A stretch of DNA of 64,000 nt, taken from assembly GCA_043763155.1 (NCBI GenBank), contig JAYULW010000089.1:1308-65307 (forward strand), read 5' to 3'. Below are positions 37,004 to 46,408 of the stretch, in pieces. The notes under the pieces are model-generated. The model searched no databases. It worked only from the letters and a program-made list of their open reading frames with translations, and was not told the DNA's origin. Position 1 is the stretch's first letter, and each line of letters starts with the position of its first letter. This DNA is from Alphaproteobacteria bacterium. GTDB taxonomy: Bacteria > Pseudomonadota > Alphaproteobacteria > Rickettsiales > SXRF01. Made by a program: the position numbers and the translations under genes.

Positions 37004-37255
37004 TTACGGGTTATGTTGATCGGTAATTTCGGTATAGCTGCCTTCGATAATCCCGTTATCCGGGTCGTTTTCACGCAGGAACTGCCAGCGCGCCCAGCGC
37101 TGGCGGATAATGAGAATAATGGAAAACATTATCCCGAAGGCCAGAAACCACAGCAAAAGCGAGAAGCCGATGGTTATGGCCAAGGCCAGGATAAGCGCCA
37201 CAAAAATAAACGTTATTGCTGATAAAACGAAGTCCATTAACGAAACCCTTACCAC
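37004..37255 (-). CDS. Small two-TM membrane protein
   Basis: Two strongly hydrophobic helices followed by an RQRWARWQ amphipathic/charged tail. Confidence 0.45.
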   Translation of the reverse strand: MVRVSLMDFVLSAITFIFVALILALAITIGFSLLLWFLAFGIMFSIILIIRQRWARWQFLRENDPDNGIIEGSYTEITDQHNP

Positions 37256-37292
37256 TCTTTAGTATGTTATAGCATAAAAATGCGAACAATAT

Positions 37293-38087
37293 ATGAACGA
37301 TGATGTAATGGAGCTAGCTAAGCGTGCCATGCATTACAGCTTTATTGGCTGGGTGCTGACGCTGCTTATGATGCTCCGGCTACCCAGCGTGGAAGACATC
37401 AACCCCGATCTTTTGCGGCAGCCGCTGCAAACGCAGATTGCGCAGAATGAATTCCATTTTCCGTATGAGGGACAGGACATCAAGGTTATTCCGGTGATGA
37501 ACTACACGCTCAACGGGCTGATCGTTTCGCATAATGATCCGGGCAAATGGTATAATTTCGACCTGACGCATGACAGCCAATCCATCAATACGCTGGATAT
37601 TTGCGTGGTGTGGGGCAGCAACCTTACCAATAACGATTTCCACAAAATCAGTTTTCATAATGACGACTGGATATGCACGTGGAGCTACGGGCCGGACGTG
37701 AAGCACGTTAATGAGCAGGAAATTTCTAACAACCACCTGATTACGGCGAGCGATAGCATTCGCAAGCAGATTGCAAATTTGCACAATGGCGACCAGATCG
37801 AAATTGTGGGAAGGCTGGTGTATTACGGCGAGCAGCGCTGGGGCGGGAATATGCGCCAGAGCAGCCTTTCACGCGCTGACACGGGCAACGGGGCGTGCGA
37901 AATCATTTACGTGGATTCGCTGCGGGTGCTGGATTCGCATAATTCCTTCTGGGCGAAACTTGGGGACTTCCTTTACTGGGTTTGCGTACTCACGCTTACC
38001 TTCCGGGTCACGGTGTTTGTGATGCCGGAGCGCAGCTTGCACCTGCCGAAATGGCTGCGCAACTGGCTGGACCTGTATAAGGCTTAA
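37293..38087 (+). CDS. Hypothetical protein with N- and C-terminal TM segments
   Basis: ORF in a lower-GC patch. No motif recognised. ATGA-type convergence with the fliP stop region. Confidence 0.5.
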   Translation: MNDDVMELAKRAMHYSFIGWVLTLLMMLRLPSVEDINPDLLRQPLQTQIAQNEFHFPYEGQDIKVIPVMNYTLNGLIVSHNDPGKWYNFDLTHDSQSINTLDICVVWGSNLTNNDFHKISFHNDDWICTWSYGPDVKHVNEQEISNNHLITASDSIRKQIANLHNGDQIEIVGRLVYYGEQRWGGNMRQSSLSRADTGNGACEIIYVDSLRVLDSHNSFWAKLGDFLYWVCVLTLTFRVTVFVMPERSLHLPKWLRNWLDLYKA

Positions 38088-38824
38088 ACGGTTCCGAAGC
38101 TTTTGATCAGGCTGCCGCAGACCATGTACCAGCCATCCACCAGCACAAAGAAAATCAGCTTGAATGGCAGCGAAATCATGACGGGCGGTAGCATCATCAT
38201 ACCCATAGCCATGAGGACGGATGCGACCAGCATGTCAATAATCACGAAGGGAATAAAGATGAGGAAGCCGATTTCAAAGGAGCGCTTTAGCTCGCTGATC
38301 ATGAAACCGGGGACAAGCACGCGGAAGGGCGTTTCTTCCGGCGTGTCAATTTTCAGGCCGGGAGACATGGAAACAAACAGCTCAAGGTCTTTGGGGCGCA
38401 CGTGCTGGAGCATGAAGGCGTGGAAGGGCGCGCTGATTTTATCGAGCGCTTCTTCCTGCGTGATTTCATTTTCCATGAGGGGTTTGAAGCCTTCGTCGTA
38501 GGATTGCTCGAAAACGGGCGACATGATGAACAGGGTGAGGAAAAGCGCAAGGGAGATGAGAACCTGGTTGGGCGGGGTTTGCTGCAGGCCGAGGGCGCTG
38601 CGCAGGAACGACAGCACGATGATGGTGCGCATGAAGGACGTGGTCATCATCAAAATGGAGGGCGCGAGGGTGATGACGGTCATCATGACGACGAGCTGGA
38701 TCATGCGCGCAGCGGTGGAGCCACCGGCGTTTCCGCCCATGTCTACGGTCATGGTTTGGGCGAGCGCGGTGTGGGGCAGCAGGAGGGCTGCAAGCGCCAG
38801 GGCAATCGGGAGGAATTTACGCAT
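38084..38824 (-). CDS. fliP: Flagellar type III export apparatus protein FliP
   Basis: Typical FliP sequence (TSFMRTIIVLSFLRSALGLQQTPPNQVL, GFLIFIPFVIIDMLVASVLMAMGMMMLPP). Confidence 0.93.
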   Translation of the reverse strand: MRKFLPIALALAALLLPHTALAQTMTVDMGGNAGGSTAARMIQLVVMMTVITLAPSILMMTTSFMRTIIVLSFLRSALGLQQTPPNQVLISLALFLTLFIMSPVFEQSYDEGFKPLMENEITQEEALDKISAPFHAFMLQHVRPKDLELFVSMSPGLKIDTPEETPFRVLVPGFMISELKRSFEIGFLIFIPFVIIDMLVASVLMAMGMMMLPPVMISLPFKLIFFVLVDGWYMVCGSLIKSFGTV

Positions 38825-39104
38825 GGGGGGTTGTTTCCGGTATGTTGGACTCGATGATCATTTCGCGGCCATCGGCCAGGAGCAAAAGATGCTGGATATT
38901 GTCGCGGCGCACTAATACCAGGCGGCGGCGGGCGTCTATATAGCGGGTTTCGAGCACGTCAATGCGGCCATCGCCCGCTTTGGCGGGCATGCGTGAAAAG
39001 CGGCCGGAGGCGGCTACGTATTTCAACGCCATGGCCATGAGGCCGATCAGGCCCAGCACCAGCACGAAGGAAAGAATGAAGCGCGTGGGATCAATCGTAT
39101 CCAT
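38817..39104 (-). CDS. fliO: Flagellar biosynthesis protein FliO
   Basis: Single TM (FILSFVLVLGLIGLMAMAL) followed by a small conserved domain. Overlaps the fliP start. Confidence 0.75.
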   Translation of the reverse strand: MDTIDPTRFILSFVLVLGLIGLMAMALKYVAASGRFSRMPAKAGDGRIDVLETRYIDARRRLVLVRRDNIQHLLLLADGREMIIESNIPETTPHA

Positions 39105-39106
39105 TG

Positions 39107-39463
39107 TTAGTCTGCTTCCTCGTCGCCGTCGCGTTTGCCGAAATCGTCGCGGGAGTCGGCGACTTTATAGGCGTGGACGGCTTTTTTCTGCTGCGAAAGG
39201 CCACGGATTTCTTCGGCAAGCTGGTCGCGGTTGGCGACCATGGCTTCGCCGAGGGTTTTCAATTCGGCAAGCAAAACCTGCATGCGTTCGGAGCAGGCGA
39301 GCCGGTCTTCCTGAGAGAGCTGCAGCACGGTTTCGCAGAGTGAGCGCACCTGATCGTCGAGGCCGTACATTTCCAGCATGGCGCCGGAGGCAAGCATGGC
39401 TTTGCTTTCGACGATGAACTGCTCGATTTCATTGAAGAGGTCTTCGGGGGCTTTGCGTGTCAT
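39107..39463 (-). CDS. Hypothetical acidic helical protein in flagellar operon
   Basis: Tightly packed between the FlhB-CTD-like gene and fliO. Predicted helical with an acidic tail. No family recognised. Confidence 0.55.
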   Translation of the reverse strand: MTRKAPEDLFNEIEQFIVESKAMLASGAMLEMYGLDDQVRSLCETVLQLSQEDRLACSERMQVLLAELKTLGEAMVANRDQLAEEIRGLSQQKKAVHAYKVADSRDDFGKRDGDEEAD

Positions 39464-39756
39464 GTTTTTACTTTTCCGGCTTTGGCGTTGGCTTTGTATA
39501 CGTAGGCTAGGATTTCGGCAACTGCTGCATAGGCTTCCAGCGGAATGGGCATGTCTATGTCGAGTTTGGAAAGCAGTGTGACGAGGTCGGGGTCTTCACG
39601 CACCTCGATATTATGTTCGCGGGCGAGCTTGATGATTTGTTCGGCGATGAGGCCTTTGCCTTTGGCTGCAAGCCTTGGCGCTTCTTCGCCACGCTCGTAG
39701 CTGAGTGCAACGGCCAGTTTTTCTTTGTTTATGGGTGTTTCATCACTTGTTGCCAT
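39460..39756 (-). CDS. Stand-alone FlhB C-terminal-domain-like protein (EscU/YscU/HrcU family)
   Basis: AVALSYERGEEAPRLAAKGKGLIAEQIIKLAREHNIEVREDPDLVTLL ... AYAAVAEILAYVY parallels the C-terminus of the bona fide FlhB at 42483-43553. Confidence 0.75.
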   Translation of the reverse strand: MATSDETPINKEKLAVALSYERGEEAPRLAAKGKGLIAEQIIKLAREHNIEVREDPDLVTLLSKLDIDMPIPLEAYAAVAEILAYVYKANAKAGKVKT

Positions 39757-40021
39757 CGGCGTCTTTGTCGTCGGCGTCTTTATCGGGGGCCATATTTACA
39801 TCCACGCTGAACTCGAAATCCATCAGCTCGTCGGCGTGCACGCTCGCGGCGGCGATGTTTTGTTCCATGATCTTCTGGTGGAGTTCCTTGCGCAGGATGG
39901 TGGCCTCTTTGGGGAAAAGGAAGCCGAGTTTTACCGTCTTGCCGCGGACTTCGACCACGGTAAGTTCGATGTTATTGTTAATGATAATCGATTCGCCGAT
40001 TTTTCTTGTTAAATACAGCAT
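39743..40021 (-). CDS. csrA: Carbon storage regulator CsrA homologue with acidic C-terminal extension
   Basis: MLYLTRKIGESIIINNNIELTVVEVRGKTVKLGFLFPKEATILRKEL aligns with the CsrA/RsmA core. About 35 extra acidic residues at the C-terminus. Confidence 0.85.
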   Translation of the reverse strand: MLYLTRKIGESIIINNNIELTVVEVRGKTVKLGFLFPKEATILRKELHQKIMEQNIAAASVHADELMDFEFSVDVNMAPDKDADDKDADGNK

Positions 40022-40190
40022 TCAGGCGAGTTTTCCACCCCTTGGCCAGCCCCATTTTATCCACAGTATTACTGACGCAAAATCCAGCGAAACGCAACGT
40101 TTATAAGTAAATAAGTGTAGTCTTTGGTGAGAAAGTAGGGTATCCTTACGATTAATGTAGGTAATTATTGCCGATCAAGGTGAGTTTACA
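40022..40190. promoter_or_regulatory. Divergent promoter region between csrA-fliP operon and flgB-flhB operon
   Basis: A 169-bp AT-richer gap between divergent flagellar gene starts. I found no convincing sigma-54, sigma-28 or CtrA consensus. Confidence 0.4.
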
Positions 40191-40616
40191 ATGGATTTCG
40201 CGGCGCTGCCACTTTTCAACATCCTGAAAGCGAAGCTCAATTATGCTTCGGAGCGCCAATCCGTATTGGCCCAGAACGTGGCCAACGCCGACACCCCCGG
40301 TTATAAAGCAAAAGACGTGCAAATGCCCGACTTCGCCAAGATGATGGGCGGCATGGGCGGGCAATCGGCACAGAATTTGCCAATGGCAAGGACAAGCGCC
40401 GGGCATATTGCGCCGATGAGCAGCACGGGAAGCATGAAACTCATTAACCGCAAGATGACCGACGAGCTGAACCCCAACGGGAACAACGTGGTGATCGAGG
40501 AAGAAATGTCTAAGATCGCGAAGAACCAGGGTGACTATACGACGGCGCTGAATTTATATTCCAAGACAATCTCCATGTTCAAGACTGCCATCGGCAGCGC
40601 GAGCGGCGGAGGATAA
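40191..40616 (+). CDS. flgB: Flagellar basal-body rod protein FlgB
   Basis: N-terminal rod signature (SERQSVLAQNVANADTPGYKAKD). Confidence 0.9.
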   Translation: MDFAALPLFNILKAKLNYASERQSVLAQNVANADTPGYKAKDVQMPDFAKMMGGMGGQSAQNLPMARTSAGHIAPMSSTGSMKLINRKMTDELNPNGNNVVIEEEMSKIAKNQGDYTTALNLYSKTISMFKTAIGSASGGG

Positions 40617-40628
40617 GGGAGTTAGGTT

Positions 40629-41036
40629 ATGAGTTTACAAGATACCATGATCATTTCGGCGGCCGGCATGCGCGCACAAAGCGACCGCCTGCGCGTGGTT
40701 GCCGAAAATATGGCCAACGCCAATTCCACCGCCACCACCCCCGACGGCACGCCCTACCGCCGCAAAATCGTAATGTTCCAGAATGTGCTGAACAAGGAAA
40801 TGGGCGTGGAGCAGGTAAAAGTGGTGAAGCGGGCGTATGACCCCTCGCCTTTCAACATGAAATACGACCCCTCGCACCCGGCGGCGAATTCCGAAGGCTA
40901 TGTGCAGTACCCGAACGTGAATACTATCGTGGAAATGATGGATATGCGCGAAGCGCGGCGCGGCTATGAGGCGAACCTGAACGTGGTGGAAGTGTCCAAG
41001 GCGATGCTGACCCAGACGTTAGCGCTGCTACGCTAG
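40629..41036 (+). CDS. flgC: Flagellar basal-body rod protein FlgC
   Basis: ISAAGMRAQSDRLRVVAENMANANST ... YPNVNTIVEMMDMREARRGYEANL. Confidence 0.92.
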   Translation: MSLQDTMIISAAGMRAQSDRLRVVAENMANANSTATTPDGTPYRRKIVMFQNVLNKEMGVEQVKVVKRAYDPSPFNMKYDPSHPAANSEGYVQYPNVNTIVEMMDMREARRGYEANLNVVEVSKAMLTQTLALLR

Positions 41037-41046
41037 GAGATAAACC

Positions 41047-41361
41047 ATGGTTGATACGCTCAGTGCGGTAAACGCCTACCGAAACCAGATGAAGATGATG
41101 CAGGGCGCAACGCAGCCCAGCGACGACGATTCTGCGGGCAAATCTTCGTTTGCGACCATGGTTGAGCAGGCTTTAGGCACAACCGTTGATGCGGTGAAGC
41201 ACGGCGAAGCCACCGAAATGCAATCGCTGGCGGGCGGCAAGGTGGATCTTTCCGATTTGGTGACGGCGGTGGCGAACGCGGAACTCTCGCTTAGCACCGT
41301 GGTTGCGGTGCGCGACCGCGTGATCAACGCGTATAACGATATTATCCGGATGGCAATTTAG
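41047..41361 (+). CDS. fliE: Flagellar hook-basal body protein FliE
   Basis: C-terminal FliE motif (LVTAVANAELSLSTVVAVRDRVINAYNDIIRM). Confidence 0.88.
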   Translation: MVDTLSAVNAYRNQMKMMQGATQPSDDDSAGKSSFATMVEQALGTTVDAVKHGEATEMQSLAGGKVDLSDLVTAVANAELSLSTVVAVRDRVINAYNDIIRMAI

Positions 41362-41436
41362 TTTCCTGTCGCCTTTTGCTTGCGCGGGCGATAGAGTGGG
41401 CCATCAATTCTTGGGCATCACCGGGGGGAGCCTGTA

Positions 41437-41703
41437 ATGGAAGCTAGCGAAGTCATTGACCTGATCCGGCAGGGCATTTATGTGCTTATCCTGATTTCTG
41501 CGCCGCTGATGCTGGTGGCGCTTGTTGTGGGTCTTGCCATTGCCATTGTGCAGGCGCTGACCCAGATTCAGGAATCCACCCTTACCTTCGTGCCCAAGGT
41601 GCTGGCCATGCTGATTACGCTCGCTATCACCCTGCCCTTCATGCTGCAGACACTCGTGGACTACACCAACAAGTTGCAGGACAAGATCGTGCATATTGAA
41701 TAA
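41437..41703 (+). CDS. fliQ: Flagellar export apparatus protein FliQ
   Basis: 88 aa, two TM, QALTQIQESTLTFVPK motif. Confidence 0.9.
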   Translation: MEASEVIDLIRQGIYVLILISAPLMLVALVVGLAIAIVQALTQIQESTLTFVPKVLAMLITLAITLPFMLQTLVDYTNKLQDKIVHIE

Positions 41704-41712
41704 GGACGGGCC

Positions 41713-42474
41713 ATGTTTGCGCAGCTCCTTACCACCAATACTTTTAGCTTCCTGCTGATTTTTTGTAGGGTTGGCTCGGCCATCATGCTGATGCCGGGGT
41801 TTGGGGAAATGTATGTAACCGTGCGGGCGCGCCTTTTTATCGCGGTGATGTTCAGCATTGTGCTGACGACGGCGCTGCGGGAAATGCCTGCGGCACCCAG
41901 CACGGTTGGCGGGTTATTTTCGTTGATGCTGTGCGAGATCCTGATCGGGCTGATGCTTGGCGGCATTGCGCGCATGCTGATTTCAGGGGTGCATATCGCG
42001 GGGGGCATCATCGCGTACCAGTCCAGCCTTGCATCGGCGCTTACGGCCAATATCGCGGGGTTTTCGGGGCAGGACACGTCGGTGGGCAACCTGCTCAGCA
42101 TGACGGCGATCGTGCTGATTTTTGCGACCGACCTGCACCATGTGATGCTGCGCAGCCTGATGGATAGTTACGGGGTGTTTGCGCCGGGGCAATGGCCGAT
42201 GATGGAAGATGTGGCCAAACATGCGACCACCACGATGACGGCGACATTCCGCATCGCCATGCAGCTATCGGCGCCGCACCTTGTGGTGGGGATGATGCTG
42301 TATCTGGGTGCGGGTATCATTGCGCGCCTGATGCCCAACATCCAGATTTTCTTTATCATGATGGCGCCGCAATTACTGATCAGCTTCTTTATCCTGATGA
42401 TTACGTTTTCGGCCATTATGCTGTGGTATCTTGAGTACCTGAAAGCCGCGCTCGGCGGCTTTGTCAGCGGCTAG
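41713..42474 (+). CDS. fliR: Flagellar export apparatus protein FliR
   Basis: Polytopic protein of FliR-like length and sequence, in the position between fliQ and flhB. Confidence 0.88.
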   Translation: MFAQLLTTNTFSFLLIFCRVGSAIMLMPGFGEMYVTVRARLFIAVMFSIVLTTALREMPAAPSTVGGLFSLMLCEILIGLMLGGIARMLISGVHIAGGIIAYQSSLASALTANIAGFSGQDTSVGNLLSMTAIVLIFATDLHHVMLRSLMDSYGVFAPGQWPMMEDVAKHATTTMTATFRIAMQLSAPHLVVGMMLYLGAGIIARLMPNIQIFFIMMAPQLLISFFILMITFSAIMLWYLEYLKAALGGFVSG

Positions 42475-42482
42475 GGGGATTC

Positions 42483-43553
42483 GTGGCAGACGGCGAAGAC
42501 CAGGAACAAAAAACAGAACAACCGACCCAAAAGCGGCTCGATGAGGCGCTGAAAAAAGGCAACGTGCCTATTTCAAAGGAGGTTGCGAATTTCTTCATCC
42601 TTACCGTGCTTGCGGCAACCGTTTCGTGGTACACGCCGGGCATGGTGCGCGAAACGGGGGCGCTGCTTACACCATTCCTGGCGGATGCGGATAGCCTGCC
42701 CACCGACGTTACGGGCATGGGGCAAATGTTCAAACACCTGATTTTCGGCAGCATAGGTATTATCGCCATGCCGATGATGATGGCGATTGCAGCCGTTCTG
42801 GGCGCGGCGTTTTTGCAAAACGGGTTTGTGGTGTCGTCGGAGCCGATCATGCCGAAGCTGTCGCGGCTTTCGCCGCTTGAGGGCGTGAAGCGCATGTTCT
42901 CGACCAAGTCGGTGATTGAGCTGATCAAGAGCCTGATCAAGGTCGCGCTGGTGGGGTATGTGGGGTTTTTGGCGGTTTACCCGGAACTTTCCAAGGTGAA
43001 GCGCCTGCCCAACAGCACAACGGAAGCCATGCTTGCCTTCTTGCTGATGCTTGCGTCGCGCATGACGCTGGGGGTGGCGATTGCCATGTTCCTGATCGCC
43101 ATTTTAGATACGGTGTATCAGCGGTTTCAGTATTTTAAGGGCCTGCGCATGACGCGGCAGGAAATCCGAGACGAATATAAGCAGGCCGAAGGCGATCCGA
43201 TGGTGAAGCAGCGCCTGCGGCGTATTCGCATGGAGCGGGCGAAAAACCGGATGATGACCAACGTGCCCAAGGCCGATGTGGTGATCACCAACCCGACGCA
43301 TTTTGCCGTGGCGCTGCGCTATGAATCGGCGACGATGAAAGCGCCGACTGTGGTTGCTAAAGGGCAAGACCTTATTGCTTTGAAAATACGCGAAATTGCG
43401 ACTGAAAACCAGATTCCTATCGTGGAGAATGCGCCACTGGCGCGGGCGTTGTTTGCGGCGGCGGAAATTGACCAGGAAATCCCCACGGCGCATTACGAAG
43501 CGGTGGCAAAAATCATCTCCTATGTTTACACGCTTAAGGGGCGCAGGGGTTAA
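42483..43553 (+). CDS. flhB: Flagellar export switch protein FlhB
   Basis: N-terminus EDQEQKTEQPTQKRLDEALKKGNVPISKE, 4 TM, and the NPTH autocleavage motif (VITNPTHFAVAL). Confidence 0.93.
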   Translation: MADGEDQEQKTEQPTQKRLDEALKKGNVPISKEVANFFILTVLAATVSWYTPGMVRETGALLTPFLADADSLPTDVTGMGQMFKHLIFGSIGIIAMPMMMAIAAVLGAAFLQNGFVVSSEPIMPKLSRLSPLEGVKRMFSTKSVIELIKSLIKVALVGYVGFLAVYPELSKVKRLPNSTTEAMLAFLLMLASRMTLGVAIAMFLIAILDTVYQRFQYFKGLRMTRQEIRDEYKQAEGDPMVKQRLRRIRMERAKNRMMTNVPKADVVITNPTHFAVALRYESATMKAPTVVAKGQDLIALKIREIATENQIPIVENAPLARALFAAAEIDQEIPTAHYEAVAKIISYVYTLKGRRG

Positions 43554-43799
43554 GGGGTGCGATTGGGTTTGGGGGTTGCCCCTTAAGCTGCTTTTTCCCG
43601 CCGTTGGCGGATATGCGCTTAAGCGCCGCGCTTAGCTTGCGCGCCTCAATGGCGCTAGTCGTCGTTTAGGACTCCTCCGTGGTGGTTGTGCCGCCTGTGT
43701 GGCGGTGCTGGCTGGATAGCTAAAAACCTGTTGTTATTTTCCCCTAGATTCATCATGTTAGGGTAGCGCGTAGCCCTTATACGGTTTTGATCATTCCTG

Positions 43800-44834
43800 A
43801 TGCCCATACGATATAGCGATTTCAAAAAGAGAAGCGAAAGCACGGCTGATTTCGTAGCGCGCAAATACGACCCCAGCCTGTTGAAGCTGATCTTGCTGTT
43901 TTTTGCGGCGCTGGCTATCGGCATTTCCATTACAGCGCTGCTGCTGCCGCCGCTATACCTGATTATTTCGCTTACCGTGGTGATGGCGATTCTTGGTTCG
44001 TATGTGCTGCTGCAAATCCAGCGCACGCGCGACCTTGTGGTTTCAACGGAATACCAGAACGCCATGTTCGCCTCGGCCATTGGGTATAATTGCCGTTTTT
44101 GCATTATCATTAAGCGCGAGGGCGCGATTATTTACATGGACCCCGGCATTCAGCGAATGTTCCCGGATTTGATTAAGGAGCGCCAGATTTCGCTTTCGCA
44201 CCTGCTGAAACTTGGGCGGGTAAGCACGGTGGAGCGCGAAAAAATTCTCGATATGGTGCAGCGGGCGCAGTCGGAAACGACGGTGTTTGAAATGCGCTCG
44301 GCAGATAACCGGATTCATTCGCTGCTGCTTTCCGTGCAGCCGATTGTGCGGCCTGCGGGCTTTTTGCTGCTGCGCACGCGCGATTACACCGAGGACCAGC
44401 AGCGGGCGCATGCCGCCGTGCCGACCGCCGCGCAGCCACAGCAGCCGCCAAACCCGCTGCTCAATAAATCGAGCATCGCCATGTTCGCGCATATCATGGA
44501 CCGGATGGACATGGGGCTGTACATGACCGATATGGGCGGCAACATGCTGTATGCCAACCCGGTGCTGGAGAGCTGGCTGATGTTCCAGCCGGGCGATATT
44601 ACGGTGGGCAACTTCACCATGCGCGACATTGTGCATGGGGTTTCGATGGCTGAAGCCCTGAATCCGGGCGATTTTGAGGGCGAACACTCCTTGCTCAAAA
44701 AGCAAGGCGGGCTGGTTAAAGCCTATATCAACCAGAAAATCATTTACGGCGACAACAATAAGCCGCTAGGCTGCGTTGCGCTGATCACCAACATGATCGA
44801 GAGCGATTCGGAATTAAAAAAGAAATTATGGTAA
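43800..44834 (+). CDS. Membrane-anchored PAS-domain protein; looks like the N-terminal half of a CckA-like kinase
   Basis: Two TM helices, then two PAS-like segments. Ends 7 nt inside the next ORF, which supplies PAS-HisKA-HATPase-REC. Confidence 0.6.
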   Translation: MPIRYSDFKKRSESTADFVARKYDPSLLKLILLFFAALAIGISITALLLPPLYLIISLTVVMAILGSYVLLQIQRTRDLVVSTEYQNAMFASAIGYNCRFCIIIKREGAIIYMDPGIQRMFPDLIKERQISLSHLLKLGRVSTVEREKILDMVQRAQSETTVFEMRSADNRIHSLLLSVQPIVRPAGFLLLRTRDYTEDQQRAHAAVPTAAQPQQPPNPLLNKSSIAMFAHIMDRMDMGLYMTDMGGNMLYANPVLESWLMFQPGDITVGNFTMRDIVHGVSMAEALNPGDFEGEHSLLKKQGGLVKAYINQKIIYGDNNKPLGCVALITNMIESDSELKKKLW

Positions 44835-46408
44835 TGAACGCAGACACCCCCCCAGACCTCACGCTTGCCAGCTTTATTGAAAACTCCCCCATCGCGATTG
44901 TGGGCCTCGACACCGACGGCACCATCGTGCAGGGCAACCGGGCGTTTCATTCGCTGGCGCAGCAGACGCTGGAAGCGAAACTGCCCTTGCCGTTCGACGA
45001 TTTGCTGACGTCTGCGAAAAAGGCCGAAGTGCAGGAGATGATTAAAAAAGCGCTTTCGGGCGATATCCCGCAGGATGCGCAGCATGTGGAGCTTACGCTT
45101 TCCAACGGGGTGGAGCTGATCGTTTCGGCGCTTATCAGCCCGTTTAATTCGCAGACACGCGGCGGGCCGCTGATTATCCACCTGATTGATATCACCGAGC
45201 AGAAAAACCTTGAGCTGCGCTTTGCGCATTCGCAGAAGATGCAGGCTGTGGGCCAACTTGCGGGCGGGGTGGCGCATGATTTCAACAATTTGCTCACCGC
45301 CATGATCGGGTTTTGCGATTTGCTGCTGATGCGTCATCCGGCGGGCGACCAGTCGTTTGCCGATATTATGCAGATCAAGCAAAACGCGAACCGGGCGGCG
45401 AATCTTGTGCGCCAGCTATTGGCGTTTTCGCGCAGGCAGACATTGCAGCCGAAGGTGCTGGATTTGACGGATGTGCTGGCGGAGCTTGCCAACCTGATCC
45501 GCCGCCTGATCGGGGAAAATATTGAGCTGAAGATGGTGCATGGCCGCGAAATCGGGCATGTGCGGGCCGACCAGGGGCAGCTGGAACAGGTGCTGATCAA
45601 TTTGGCGGTGAATGCGCGTGACGCGATGACGGGCGGGGGCGCACTCACCATTCGCACCAGCCGCACCCTGATTGACCGGGCGCACCCCCTGCCCCGCGAT
45701 TTGATGGCGCCTGCCGAAGAAGATTCCACGATTCCCAACGGCGAGTATGTGCTGGTGGAAGTGGTGGATAGCGGCACGGGCATTCCTAAAAATATCCTGA
45801 CCAAGATTTTCGAGCCGTTCTTCTCGACCAAGGCGGTGGGCAGCGGCACGGGGCTGGGCCTTTCCACCGTGTATGGGATTATCAAACAGTCCGGCGGTTA
45901 TGTGTATGTGGCGAGCAAGGAAGGTGAAGGCACGAATTTCAGCCTGTTCTTCCCAAGCGTTGCACCGCAGGAAGCAGCGGCGGCTGTGGCTGCCGATACG
46001 GCGGAAAAGTCGGAAAGCCATGTGACGGGCGACCTGACCGGCAAGGGTACAATTTTGCTGGTTGAGGACGAAACGCCGGTGCGTATTTTTGCCGCGCGGG
46101 CGCTGCGCAACAAGGGCTATACCATTCTTGAAGCTGATTGCGGCGAGACGGGCATTGAGCTGATGGAAAAGCATGGCACCGAGGTGGAAGTGATTGTGAC
46201 CGACGTGATTATGCCGGGCATGAACGGGCCTACGATGATTGACAAGATCACGCCGCAATATCCGAACGTGAAGGTGATCTTTATTTCGGGTTATGCGGAA
46301 GATATTTTCGTGAATAACTACGGCACGGAGCGCAGTTTCAACTTTTTGGCCAAGCCTTTTACATTGAAGCAGCTGGCCAGCAAAATTAAAGAAGTGCTTG
46401 GAAAATGA
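44828..46408 (+). CDS. Hybrid sensor histidine kinase/response regulator, CckA-like (PAS-HisKA-HATPase-REC)
   Basis: H-box [21 protein letters not shown]-box [13 protein letters not shown]-boxes DSGTGI and [12 protein letters not shown], then REC (ILLVEDE ... [11 protein letters not shown] ... ISGY). Confidence 0.85.
   Translation: MVMNADTPPDLTLASFIENSPIAIVGLDTDGTIVQGNRAFHSLAQQTLEAKLPLPFDDLLTSAKKAEVQEMIKKALSGDIPQDAQHVELTLSNGVELIVSALISPFNSQTRGGPLIIHLIDITEQKNLELRFAHSQKMQAVGQLAGGVAHDFNNLLTAMIGFCDLLLMRHPAGDQSFADIMQIKQNANRAANLVRQLLAFSRRQTLQPKVLDLTDVLAELANLIRRLIGENIELKMVHGREIGHVRADQGQLEQVLINLAVNARDAMTGGGALTIRTSRTLIDRAHPLPRDLMAPAEEDSTIPNGEYVLVEVVDSGTGIPKNILTKIFEPFFSTKAVGSGTGLGLSTVYGIIKQSGGYVYVASKEGEGTNFSLFFPSVAPQEAAAAVAADTAEKSESHVTGDLTGKGTILLVEDETPVRIFAARALRNKGYTILEADCGETGIELMEKHGTEVEVIVTDVIMPGMNGPTMIDKITPQYPNVKVIFISGYAEDIFVNNYGTERSFNFLAKPFTLKQLASKIKEVLGK

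Noticed and set aside
40022-40190. Searched the divergent flagellar promoter region for sigma-54 (GG-N10-GC), sigma-28 (TAAA-N15-GCCGATAA) and CtrA (TTAA-N7-TTAAC) sites.
   Set aside because: Only partial matches were found (TGGCCAgcccc..., TTAAtgtaggtAATT). None is convincing enough to annotate.
43551-43800. Possible small RNA or terminator in the 246-bp gap after flhB (AAGGGG...CCCCTT hairpin, GCGCTTAAGCGC palindrome).
   Set aside because: The hairpin lacks a proper U-tract. I recognise no known ncRNA family from the sequence. It is more likely an ordinary intergenic/promoter region for the CckA-like gene.
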